From the NCBI GenBank assembly GCA_964345045.1, contig CAYFPM010000001.1, forward strand, positions 539,264 through 603,263: a stretch of DNA of 64,000 nucleotides. The letters run 5' to 3'. Under the pieces are notes generated by a model. It was not told the DNA's origin. It saw nothing but the letters and a program-made list of their open reading frames with translations, and searched no databases. The position numbers and the translations under genes are program-made. Origin of the DNA: an uncultured Gammaproteobacteria bacterium. GTDB taxonomy: Bacteria; Patescibacteriota; Patescibacteriia; Magasanikbacterales; UBA922. Of this stretch, positions 8,410-17,271 are shown in pieces (within the stretch, counting starts at the first letter, position 1; each line of letters starts with the position of its first letter).

Positions 8410-9426
8410 TTATTTTTTGCCCAATTTTGACCAAACTACCAACAAAGGACTGGCCAAGAATATAGAAGAATAAGTACCAATTATAATACCGATAATCAAG
8501 GTAAGCGCAAAATAATGTACCGAATCACCTCCAAAGATTAAGAGGGATAGTAGTACCAACAAGGTTGTAATAGAAGTATTTAATGATCTTGTCAAAGTTT
8601 GATTTACCCCAATGTTAACTGTTTCAGCAAATTTGTCACTACCTCGTTTTACAAGAGTTTCTCTCACCCGGTCAAACACAACAATAGTATCGTTTACAGA
8701 GTAACCCATAATAGTAAGCAAAGCCACTACAAAGGGAATATCTACCTCTACACCATAAACTTTGCCCAATATAGCAAATATAGCCATAGTAATGGTTACA
8801 TCATGAAATAAAGCTATTACCGCAGTTAGACCATATTTCCAAGATTGTACAGGCTTTGAAACTTTTCTAAAGGCATAACCTACATAAAGAATAATAGCAA
8901 CAATTACAGCAATAGCCGCTGAGATTGATCTACTTCTTAGATTGGCACTTACAGTTGGGCCAATCGTCTCAAATCTTTCTTCTAGGACTCTTGGTTTTTC
9001 TTCTTCGTCTCCGGTGCTGACACCTACACTAATCCCATTTTCTCCAACGATATCTATAGTTTCTACTCCCAAATTATTTTCTTCTATAACGGCAGTATCT
9101 TCTTCGGTAGATTCTTCTGCAATCATAGCGCGCAAGGCAGAAAGAACTGTTTGATGCTCTGTTTCGGACAAAAACTTCATTCGGATAATCATGTTTTTGT
9201 CGTCACTTGGTTGGACTAGTACATTGCCTATATCCAATTTTTCAAGTTCTGTTTGTATTTCTTGGTTAGTTGGTCTCTCTGCTGTGTATTCTACTTCTAG
9301 TAGAGATCCACCGGTAAAATCAATCCCAGGTTTTAAACCTACTGTAAACAAAATTACCAAACTAACTGCAAAAAGCAGACTAGAGACTGTAAATGAAATT
9401 TTTCTTTTTGGGATTATGTTCAACAT
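8410..9426 (-). CDS. secF: protein-export membrane protein SecF
   Basis: SecF-like TM pattern and sequence; immediately downstream of secD. Confidence 0.9.
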   Translation of the reverse strand: MLNIIPKRKISFTVSSLLFAVSLVILFTVGLKPGIDFTGGSLLEVEYTAERPTNQEIQTELEKLDIGNVLVQPSDDKNMIIRMKFLSETEHQTVLSALRAMIAEESTEEDTAVIEENNLGVETIDIVGENGISVGVSTGDEEEKPRVLEERFETIGPTVSANLRSRSISAAIAVIVAIILYVGYAFRKVSKPVQSWKYGLTAVIALFHDVTITMAIFAILGKVYGVEVDIPFVVALLTIMGYSVNDTIVVFDRVRETLVKRGSDKFAETVNIGVNQTLTRSLNTSITTLLVLLSLLIFGGDSVHYFALTLIIGIIIGTYSSIFLASPLLVVWSKLGKK

Positions 9427-9427
9427 A

Positions 9428-11464
9428 TTATTTTCTAGCTCCTAGAAAAAATTTACTTCCTTCTTTTTTGAACCAAGGGGTAACAAATCGTAGCATAAGT
9501 CTGGTAATGGTGATAGCTGAAAACATACTTACCAAAACACCAATAGCCAATGTTACAGCGAAACCTTGTACAAAACTAGAACCAAACCAGATTAACAAAA
9601 CACACGTAATAAGAGTAGAAATATTACCATCGCGAATAGATGTCCAAGCTCTTAAGAAACCTTCTTCTACTGAGGCTTTTAGGCTTTTACCTTCTTTTAG
9701 TTCTTCTTTTAACCTTTCAAAAATAAGCACATTGGCGTCTACAGCCAAACCAATCGACAGGATAAAACCGGCAATTCCAGCCAAAGTCAAAGTAACACCG
9801 ATTAGCTTGAACAAAGCCAAAGTCAAAGTAATATAAAGAGTAAGAGCAACTACAGACAATACACCAGGCAATCTATAGTACAAGACCATAAATAGCATAA
9901 CTAATAGCAAACTAATCATCCCGGCTTTTAAACTTTTTTCTAGAGATTCTGCTCCAAGAGTGGCTCCTACAGACTGCTGAGAAACCAAATCAACTGGCAC
10001 AGGCAAAGCTCCGGCATTTAATCTTTGGGTTAGTAGTCTAGCTTCTGCTATATCAAAATTTCCTGTAATTACAGCTCTACCATCGGTAATTGGTTGTTGT
10101 ACCACAGGCACGCTAATAGCCACTCCATCTAGATAAATAGCAATTGGTTTACCAATATTGGCTTCTGTTAATTGTTTGAACAAATCTTTACCTTCTCCAT
10201 CAAACTGCAAAGAAACTTGCAAAGCTCCGGTATTACCATCGCTAACTACTTCGGCTCTTTCCAATTGTGCCCCAGATAATTCTGTTGGTTTGAATGGATC
10301 TTGTGGAGGCAAAATATCTATTTCGGTTTGTTTTGCAATTACTACAGCAGAGATTTCGTATTCTTTTTGAACTTTACGATCTTTTTTGTAAATAATGTGG
10401 TAACCAAATTCGGTTTCAACCGGTCCAATTATTTGACCAACTTCGGCATTGAACACAGCATCTTCAAAAGCGCCTACCATTACTCCTCTACCAAAATAAC
10501 CCAAGTTTCCACCATCATCTTTGTTGGAATAATCGGTTGAGTGCTCGGCAGCTAAGTCGGCAAAATTATTGGCATTAACTTGCTCAAAAATTTCTTGAGC
10601 TTTGGTTTCGGCTTCTTGTTTGGTATAAAGTGGAGCATCACAATTGGCTGCACCCAAGTAACAAATTAGGATATGGCTAGCTTCTATTTCTTCGCCACCT
10701 TCTCTTTCTCCACCTCTTTTTAGAATAGAAAAGGTATTTTCGGTTTCTACCAATTGGCTAGATAATTCTCCTTCGCTAGCGCTGGCGGCCCAATCAAAAA
10801 TTTCTGGAAATGCCGCTGTTTTATTTATAAAGCCAACATAACCATCGTTGTTTCTACTGGCATCTTCGGAATTTTCTCTGGCAGCTTCTGCAAAATCCAA
10901 TTCTTCATTTTTTATTTTGTCCAAAATATCTTGAGCTTTGCTCTTGGCTTCGGCATTAAAATCGTTCATTTGTTGTTTTTCTTCTTCGGTTAGCTCTCTG
11001 GCCGGTTCGGTATTTTCTTCGCGAAATTCCAAAATTGGGGTTTCTCCAATCATTTCAATCGCTTGGTTTACATCTGTTACACCAGGCAATTCTACAATAA
11101 TTCGGTATTGTTCTCCTACTTTGGTAGTTTGAATACTTGGTTCACCTACTCCCAAACCATTAACCCGTCTTTCTATTACATCTCTTACTCCTTCTACAGC
11201 TTCGGCTCTTTCGGCTGGAGCTACTTGTTTGGTATCGGCTTCGTAGATTAGGTGGGCGCCACCTTGCAAATCTAGTCCTAGGGCAAAATCACTTTCCGGG
11301 ATATTTGGCAAGCCCAAAGAAATAGTATTGTTTACTTTGTCTATCCCTTTATTAAAGAATTTTGGAGCAACGTAAAAACTCGTCACTACCAATAGTGCGA
11401 GTATTCCTACTACCCCCCATCTTATTTTGGCTCTTAATTGTGATTTTAACTTATCTGAAGACAT
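9428..11464 (-). CDS. secD: protein-export membrane protein SecD carrying an inserted parvulin-type PPIase domain
   Basis: SecD N- and C-terminal TM bundles; internal ASHILI...GGNLGYFGRGVMVGAFEDAVF...GPVETEFGYHIIYK is a textbook parvulin signature. Confidence 0.9.
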   Translation of the reverse strand: MSSDKLKSQLRAKIRWGVVGILALLVVTSFYVAPKFFNKGIDKVNNTISLGLPNIPESDFALGLDLQGGAHLIYEADTKQVAPAERAEAVEGVRDVIERRVNGLGVGEPSIQTTKVGEQYRIIVELPGVTDVNQAIEMIGETPILEFREENTEPARELTEEEKQQMNDFNAEAKSKAQDILDKIKNEELDFAEAARENSEDASRNNDGYVGFINKTAAFPEIFDWAASASEGELSSQLVETENTFSILKRGGEREGGEEIEASHILICYLGAANCDAPLYTKQEAETKAQEIFEQVNANNFADLAAEHSTDYSNKDDGGNLGYFGRGVMVGAFEDAVFNAEVGQIIGPVETEFGYHIIYKKDRKVQKEYEISAVVIAKQTEIDILPPQDPFKPTELSGAQLERAEVVSDGNTGALQVSLQFDGEGKDLFKQLTEANIGKPIAIYLDGVAISVPVVQQPITDGRAVITGNFDIAEARLLTQRLNAGALPVPVDLVSQQSVGATLGAESLEKSLKAGMISLLLVMLFMVLYYRLPGVLSVVALTLYITLTLALFKLIGVTLTLAGIAGFILSIGLAVDANVLIFERLKEELKEGKSLKASVEEGFLRAWTSIRDGNISTLITCVLLIWFGSSFVQGFAVTLAIGVLVSMFSAITITRLMLRFVTPWFKKEGSKFFLGARK

Positions 11465-11571
11465 ATTTTGTGACCGCTATTTTACCCTAACCTTATTTAG
11501 ACGTCAAGTGATCTTTATATTGGTTATAAACAGGTTGACTTTTTGCTATATTTTGTCTAGTATAACAAACA

Positions 11572-12156
11572 ATGGTGACAACAGACCATTCTCAAAAACC
11601 TTTTTCCAAGGAAGAACAGCAACTTTTAGTTGACGCTCTCGTAGATAGAGCCCAAGCAGCAGCAAAAAACGCCAGGTCCTACCGCGACTTCAAAGTCGGT
11701 TGTGCTTTGCAAGGGGTTTACTACAGCGATCACCTTAAAATTTCGGTTCCCAAAGTCTATACAGGTGCGAACCTCAAACCTGTCCAAGGTGGACCAAAAA
11801 TTTGCGCTGAGCAAGGAGCAATCGCGAGTGCCATAGCCGATGGCTGCACGCACATTACAGCTATTGCGGTTGCCGGCGATCCGCTCAACGAACGAGACCC
11901 GGTGAGTGGCAAAACGCCGGAGACACTGCACCCCTGCCCAACTTGCCGTGCCCTGATGGCCGGACTCCCCGAGATCATCTCAAAAGAGACCTTGATCATC
12001 TTGGCGCCCAACGGTGGCCAGCCAAAGGTGATGACTTTTGGAGAGCTATTGGAGTATCATGCTCCTCCAAAAGTAGAACCAACTGTTTGGAACACAGGTA
12101 CGGGAAGTGGCTACGTCTTCGACACAAGAGGCACGAGATGCCAAGCACCCAAGTAA
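11572..12156 (+). CDS. cytidine deaminase family protein (Cdd-like zinc deaminase) with N- and C-terminal extensions; GC-rich island gene
   Basis: CAEQGAIASAIADG...IAVAGD...HPCPTCRALMA matches the Cdd CAE / PCxxC zinc-binding motifs; TTGACT promoter-like element at 11536; high GC. Confidence 0.55.
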   Translation: MVTTDHSQKPFSKEEQQLLVDALVDRAQAAAKNARSYRDFKVGCALQGVYYSDHLKISVPKVYTGANLKPVQGGPKICAEQGAIASAIADGCTHITAIAVAGDPLNERDPVSGKTPETLHPCPTCRALMAGLPEIISKETLIILAPNGGQPKVMTFGELLEYHAPPKVEPTVWNTGTGSGYVFDTRGTRCQAPK

Positions 12157-12171
12157 AACCAAAGTTAAATC

Positions 12172-12258
12172 AAAAATCACCCACACCTCACATTGTAGCC
12201 AATATTTATTGGAAGCAGTGTAAGGAGTTGGGTGGTTTTTGTTTTGTAAAAAAATTGC
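12172..12258 (+). repeat. ~85-nt structured repeat, copy 1 (second copy at 12597-12690), ending ...AGTGYAAGGAGTTGGGTGGTTTTTGTTTTGTAAAA
   Basis: direct comparison of the two copies; each contains an internal palindrome and a terminal GGTGG-TTTTT. Confidence 0.6.
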
Positions 12259-12301
12259 CCTAAGATTTGACGAGCATGACAATTAATTGTAATGTCTTTT
12301 T

Positions 12302-12577
12302 ATGGATAGAATCACAAAAGCCGTTACCTCCAAAGGCCAGCGACGGGCTCTGCGTAAAAAATTCCCAAATCGGAAGATCCAGTTGTTGGGCGGAATTTGG
12401 TACTTCGTCGATGGAGAAAATCCCGAGGAAATCCCCGGCGCTCCCCAAATGACGGGAGCCAAAGGACTCGCCGCTGCCAGACCCGAACGAGGGCAACACA
12501 AGGTAGCGGCTGCCAGGGACGAACACAGTAGGCCCAAACAAGGCTGGGGGGACTACGGTACCAAGTACAGGTACTAG
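12302..12577 (+). CDS. hypothetical basic protein (91 aa), GC-rich, between the two ~85-nt repeats
   Basis: ORF track only; no SD. Confidence 0.25.
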   Translation: MDRITKAVTSKGQRRALRKKFPNRKIQLLGGIWYFVDGENPEEIPGAPQMTGAKGLAAARPERGQHKVAAARDEHSRPKQGWGDYGTKYRY

Positions 12578-12596
12578 TCCAAAATCACACTCCTTT

Positions 12597-12690
12597 TCTG
12601 TGATAAACAAAAACCACCGACATCTCACATTGCAGTTGCAATATCGACTGCAGTGCAAGGAGTTGGGTGGTTTTTGTTTTGTAAAATTTT
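12597..12690 (+). repeat. ~85-nt structured repeat, copy 2
   Basis: AAAAACCACC...GGTGGTTTTT 10-bp stem enclosing a TGCAGT..ACTGCA inner palindrome. Confidence 0.6.
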
Positions 12691-12736
12691 TCTTGGTAAG
12701 TTCCCTCTCCTAATAGGAGAGGGACAGGGTGAGGTC

Positions 12737-13114
12737 TCAAGACCTAGTTGACTCTAAAATATAAAAACAATCTTCAAGGCATTGCAGTACTGTTTCCCTT
12801 TCAAATAAAACTTCATCATTTAAAAACCTTATTACTACATACCCCTGACTACGCAAATGTAATTCTCGCCAAGTGTCATATTCTTTTTGTTCTTCATGAA
12901 TTGGGCCATCGACTTCAATAATAAGCCTCAACTCATGACAATAAAAATCTACAATAAATCTGCCAATGCTAACCTGCCTACGAAACAAATAACCAACTTT
13001 TTTGTTTCGCAATTCTTGCCACAAAACGCATTCAGCTTTAGTATTATTTCTTCTTAAGGATCTTCTTTTAAATTTTAATTCTTCGTCTTTTACATTACGC
13101 GTTCTTTTCTGCAT
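12737..13114 (-). CDS. DUF559 / Vsr-like endonuclease domain protein
   Basis: ECVLWQELRNKKVGYLFRRQ...FIVDFYCHELRLIIEVDGPIHEEQKEYD matches DUF559; flanked by GC-rich palindromes at 12702-12725 and 13149-13169. Confidence 0.8.
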   Translation of the reverse strand: MQKRTRNVKDEELKFKRRSLRRNNTKAECVLWQELRNKKVGYLFRRQVSIGRFIVDFYCHELRLIIEVDGPIHEEQKEYDTWRELHLRSQGYVVIRFLNDEVLFERETVLQCLEDCFYILESTRS

Positions 13115-13187
13115 ATCCTCCTTTAGTTTTGGTTTAGACCTCCTCCTGCCCTCCTCCTAAAAGGAGGAGGAACTTACTATGAAAACT

Positions 13188-16127
13188 TTATGCCCCATGA
13201 CATTTTTTGAATTTCTTTCCGCTCCCACAGTGACAAGGATCATTTCTACCAATTTTTTTACCAGCTTCATCACGCGGTTTTTGCTCTACCAGACCAGCCT
13301 CGCTAGATGTAGTTTTTTTGGCGCCTTTTAGCGTCATTTTGTCATTGGCCATAATAGTAGGCGCTGCTTGTAAGCCAACCCCCACCTTGAAAAATGAATA
13401 AACTACTTCTTTTTGAATATTAGCTTGCAAAGCGTTAAAAAGATTATAAGTTTCCTTTTTGTATTCTATTAGAGGATCACGTTGGCCATAACCTTGCAAA
13501 CCAATACCGGTACGCAAATAATCAATAGAAATAAGATGTTCCACCCACAAATTATCTATGGCTCTCAAAAGAATACTTTTTTCAATTGATTTAAATACTT
13601 TTTCGGAATCTTCTTCCCCTGGAACATTGGCTTTTACTTTTTCTTGAATATTTTCATACTCTCTTTTGGCAATTGCCATCAAAAACTTCACAATTTTGTC
13701 ACGCTGTTTTACATCGTCAAATTTGTCAGAATCACTAATTTTGTCCATAGACAAAATTTTGTTTTCTTCTTCTTTGGAAAGTGGAAACATGGTTTTGCCC
13801 GTTTCTACAATTTCTTTCATATTCCAATCACTCTTTTTTTCACCTGTTTCACTAGCTACCGGATTGGTATGAAAAGAAACTACAAACTCTATTTCTTGTT
13901 CTATCATGTCTAGGATAACCCCTTTCAAAGTCTTGTATGGCCTACCATCTTCTTTGTGACCTTCTGCCCCAACACCAACCTCGGCCAAAGCCGGGTTCTC
14001 ACCTCTCCCAAGGGGAGAGGTCGACACGACCGTAGGGAGTGCGGGAGAGGGGGAAGAAAGAGCTTTATCCTCTGTAGTCATAACTTCTTTTGCAGTCAAC
14101 TCCAAAATATTTCTACGTCTTTGGTAAATAGCTGCGCGCTGCTTGTTTAATACATCATCGTATTCTAGTAAATGTTTTCTAGTGTCAAAATTATGAGCTT
14201 CTACTTTTTTCTGAGCATTCTCGAGCATTTTGGTAATCATCTTTTGCTCAATAGGCATGTCGTCTGGGACGTTTAATCTTTCCATTACAGATTTCATCCT
14301 GTCGCCCGCAAAAATACGCATAAGGTCATCGTCTGTAGACACAAAAAACTGGGTCTCACCTTTGTCTCCCTGGCGAGCCGAACGACCACGCAACTGATTG
14401 TCGATACGGCGAGAATCGTGACGTTCTGTACCAAGTACAAAAAGTCCACCAGCTTCTAAAACTTTGGTCTCTTCTTCTTTGTTTACCGGGCTACCGCCAA
14501 GTTTGATATCTACCCCACGACCAGCCATGTTGGTAGCGAGAGTGATAGCCCCAGGTCTACCAGCTTGAGCTACGATCTCCCCTTCTCTCTCATGGTTCTT
14601 GGCGTTTAAGGCTTCGTGGGCTATGCCACTAGCTTCTAGATAAGCACTTAGCTCTTCGTTTTTTTCTACAGAAATTGTACCTACCAAAATTGGTTGTCCT
14701 TTGGCTTGGCATTCCTTTATTTTTTCTACAATTGCTTTGAATTTGGCTTTTTCATTTTTGTAAATTCTGTCTGGATGATCGATTCTGGCATCAGGTCTAT
14801 TGGTCGGCATCACTACTACATCTAGTCCATAAATGCTTTGGAACTCTTCTTCTTCGGTAATAGCGGTACCGGTCATTCCAGACAATTTGCTGTACATGCG
14901 AAAAAGATTTTGAAAAGTAATAGTTGCCAAAGTTTGACTTTCGCGTTGGATAGATACATTTTCTTTGGCTTCTATAGCCTGGTGTAGACCTTCGCTGTAG
15001 CGACGACCAGGCATTTTGCGACCAGTAAATTCGTCGATAATTATTACTTCGCCACCTTCTACCACATACTCTTTGTCGCGATTAAACAATACTTCTGCCT
15101 TTAGCGCTTGCTCTAGGTGGTGCACAATACGCATACCACCTTCGGCATAGATATTATCTACGCCCAAAGCTTTTTCCATCTTGGCAATTCCCTCTTCTGT
15201 AAGCGTAGCTGCTCGCATTTTTTCGTCTACATTATAGTCTTCGTTTTCTTTTAGTTGTTTTACCAATTTGGCAAATTGATAGTACTGATCTGCAGCCTCG
15301 GCAGCCGGGGCAGAAATAATAAGAGGTGTTCTGGCTTCATCAATTAAAATAGAATCAACTTCGTCGATAATCGCGTAGCTCATTTCTTCTCCCGGACGCA
15401 TTACCATCTCGGACAGATCTTGCACCATGTTGTCACGCAAGTAATCAAAACCAAACTCGTTGTTGGTTCCATAGGTAATGTCTGCTCTGTAAGCTTCTTG
15501 TCTACTAGCCGGACGCAGGTATTCGTCTTCTACTTTAAAACTACCGGTTTCGTCACGTTCTTTGTCTATTTCTCCACCTTGGGCCTTCTCGGAAGCCAAA
15601 GCGGGTGAAGGGCTCGGTAGTCCACTGTCATAAACAAAAGAAACTCTCTGATTTTGAATAATACCTATAGATAATCCTAGGTAATCATAAATTTGTCCCA
15701 TCCACACAGCGTCACGTTTGGCTAGGTAATCGTTGACTGTAATTACGTGTACTCCTTTGCCAGCTAGAGCATTTAGATAAGTTGGCACAGTCGCTACCAA
15801 GGTTTTACCTTCACCAGTACGCATTTCGGCAATCTTGCCGCGGTGCAAAATAATCCCACCAATAAGCTGCACATCGTAGTGGCGCATGCCAGTAGTACGT
15901 TTGGAAGCTTCGCGCACAGTGGCGAGGGCTTCTACCAAAATATCTTCTAGAGTTTCGCCTTTTTCTAGACGAGCTTTAAATTCTGGTGTTTTGGCTTTTA
16001 GTTCGGCCTCGGATAATTTTTCGTAGTCCTTTTCTAGATTATTAATTTTTTCTACCAATGGTTTTATTTCATTAATTATCTTGGCGTTGGTATCGCCCAC
16101 AAAAATTTTTGATAGTAATTTTCTCAT
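13188..16127 (-). CDS. secA: preprotein translocase ATPase SecA (C-terminal zinc finger CHCGSGKKFKKCHGA); contains GC-rich in-frame inserts
   Basis: DEAD motor motifs and the SecA C-terminus; start set at the internal MRKLLSKIF (SecA-typical) rather than the upstream TTG of the ORF track. Confidence 0.93.
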   Translation of the reverse strand: MRKLLSKIFVGDTNAKIINEIKPLVEKINNLEKDYEKLSEAELKAKTPEFKARLEKGETLEDILVEALATVREASKRTTGMRHYDVQLIGGIILHRGKIAEMRTGEGKTLVATVPTYLNALAGKGVHVITVNDYLAKRDAVWMGQIYDYLGLSIGIIQNQRVSFVYDSGLPSPSPALASEKAQGGEIDKERDETGSFKVEDEYLRPASRQEAYRADITYGTNNEFGFDYLRDNMVQDLSEMVMRPGEEMSYAIIDEVDSILIDEARTPLIISAPAAEAADQYYQFAKLVKQLKENEDYNVDEKMRAATLTEEGIAKMEKALGVDNIYAEGGMRIVHHLEQALKAEVLFNRDKEYVVEGGEVIIIDEFTGRKMPGRRYSEGLHQAIEAKENVSIQRESQTLATITFQNLFRMYSKLSGMTGTAITEEEEFQSIYGLDVVVMPTNRPDARIDHPDRIYKNEKAKFKAIVEKIKECQAKGQPILVGTISVEKNEELSAYLEASGIAHEALNAKNHEREGEIVAQAGRPGAITLATNMAGRGVDIKLGGSPVNKEEETKVLEAGGLFVLGTERHDSRRIDNQLRGRSARQGDKGETQFFVSTDDDLMRIFAGDRMKSVMERLNVPDDMPIEQKMITKMLENAQKKVEAHNFDTRKHLLEYDDVLNKQRAAIYQRRRNILELTAKEVMTTEDKALSSPSPALPTVVSTSPLGRGENPALAEVGVGAEGHKEDGRPYKTLKGVILDMIEQEIEFVVSFHTNPVASETGEKKSDWNMKEIVETGKTMFPLSKEEENKILSMDKISDSDKFDDVKQRDKIVKFLMAIAKREYENIQEKVKANVPGEEDSEKVFKSIEKSILLRAIDNLWVEHLISIDYLRTGIGLQGYGQRDPLIEYKKETYNLFNALQANIQKEVVYSFFKVGVGLQAAPTIMANDKMTLKGAKKTTSSEAGLVEQKPRDEAGKKIGRNDPCHCGSGKKFKKCHGA

Positions 16128-16311
16128 AGGTTTAAAAGCCTGCCTGCCGGTAGGCAGGGCTAAAAAAGCTTGCAAGGCTGGCTGATTTATAATAGTTAAC
16201 TGGACTAGCTTAGCACTTTTTTGGCTCTGTGTCTATGGGTAGAAAAATTACTTTACCCTTGACAAAGTGGCTTATTTATGATAAAAATTTGTCAGGAGGC
16301 TCGTCAATTAC

Positions 16312-16509
16312 ATGACTACCAAATGCAATTCTTGCGGACAAAATAGCAAAGGACATATTTGCAAGAGATGCAAGCACAAAAAAGGACTCGCAAAAGGCAA
16401 CCGCAGATGCAACTGCAGAATCTGCCAAGCTCTCAGAGCCGAAACCCACCATGAGTGGCTCGAGTGGAGAAAGCCATTCGACGTACGACAAGCAAGTCCG
16501 CATCAATAG
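16312..16509 (+). CDS. Cys-rich zinc-ribbon mini-protein (CxxC-x8-CxxC plus extra Cys); GC-rich island gene
   Basis: SD AGGAGG at 16295-16300; TTGACA at 16259. Confidence 0.4.
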   Translation: MTTKCNSCGQNSKGHICKRCKHKKGLAKGNRRCNCRICQALRAETHHEWLEWRKPFDVRQASPHQ

Positions 16510-16659
16510 ATACCACAGGAGGTAGGAGGACTACCCCCGTGCGCCCCCCTTTTCTCCCCCCCTTCGCGCACCCATCCAAAAACAATCCCCCGAATTATCG
16601 GGGTTTTTTATTTGACTTTTTTAAATTAATTAGAAAAAATAACTTGGGGAGTAATACTC

Positions 16660-16887
16660 ATGAAAATTTGTGAACTTTGCGGACATCCAAATAATGATGA
16701 AGCCAGATTTTGTGCTGGTCAAATTCGAGACGAAGTCCTAAGAGGCGTGATCAGATCCTGCCGCCACAAACTTGGGGGCACCCAAGATACTGGCTGCGGC
16801 TGCCAAACTTGCAACTATACGGCCGCCCAAAGGAATGAGGGCAACAAATCCAGGTTTGGTTTGGATGGTTCGCTGAGAGTACGATAA
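16660..16887 (+). CDS. Cys-rich zinc-ribbon mini-protein (CELCGH...RFCAG, CGCQTC); GC-rich island gene
   Basis: SD GGGGAG upstream; followed by the 16592-16615 hairpin + T-run region. Confidence 0.4.
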   Translation: MKICELCGHPNNDEARFCAGQIRDEVLRGVIRSCRHKLGGTQDTGCGCQTCNYTAAQRNEGNKSRFGLDGSLRVR

Positions 16888-16982
16888 ATCAGACTCACAC
16901 ACTCCAAGGAGGAAAAATCAATCAAATTATAGTTATTTACAAAAATATTTAATTATTGCTATATTATTTGTGGAGGTTTGGG

Positions 16983-17189
16983 ATGTTTCGAAAAGAAGAC
17001 TTTCTGAGTTTTCTACGCCGACGTAGGAGCAATCAAGCGCCAGCAGCCCTAGAAGGCCAACTAGGTCCACCAGGCAAAGAAGAAGAGCCACAAGTCGTTG
17101 TCGACATTGCTTTCACTGTGAAAGTTGATCCAGATACAGGCGCAATAACCTTCCCCAATGCAGATGAAGATAACGAAGGCGACAAGTAG
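16983..17189 (+). CDS. small acidic hypothetical protein (68 aa); GC-rich island gene
   Basis: SD GGAGG at 16970-16974 before the ATG at 16983. Confidence 0.3.
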   Translation: MFRKEDFLSFLRRRRSNQAPAALEGQLGPPGKEEEPQVVVDIAFTVKVDPDTGAITFPNADEDNEGDK

Positions 17190-17228
17190 CCACCACCCGA
17201 ACCACCACAAGGAGGACCAATCAAAAAA

Positions 17229-17260
17229 TTAAAACCGGCAACGAGCCGGTTTTAAAATTT
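17229..17260. terminator. bidirectional terminator (AACCGGC-AACGA-GCCGGTT)
   Basis: stem-loop with A/T runs on both sides; lies between the island and the hpf stop. Confidence 0.55.
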
Positions 17261-17271
17261 ATAATTTGAAA

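Noticed and set aside
13177-13335. Plus-strand ORF with an apparently strong SD (AGGAGG) and ATG, antisense to the secA 3' end
   Set aside because: The SD is simply one arm of the CCTCCTCC/GGAGGAGG palindrome, which reads the same on both strands. The ORF product is low-complexity and lies antisense to a conserved gene.
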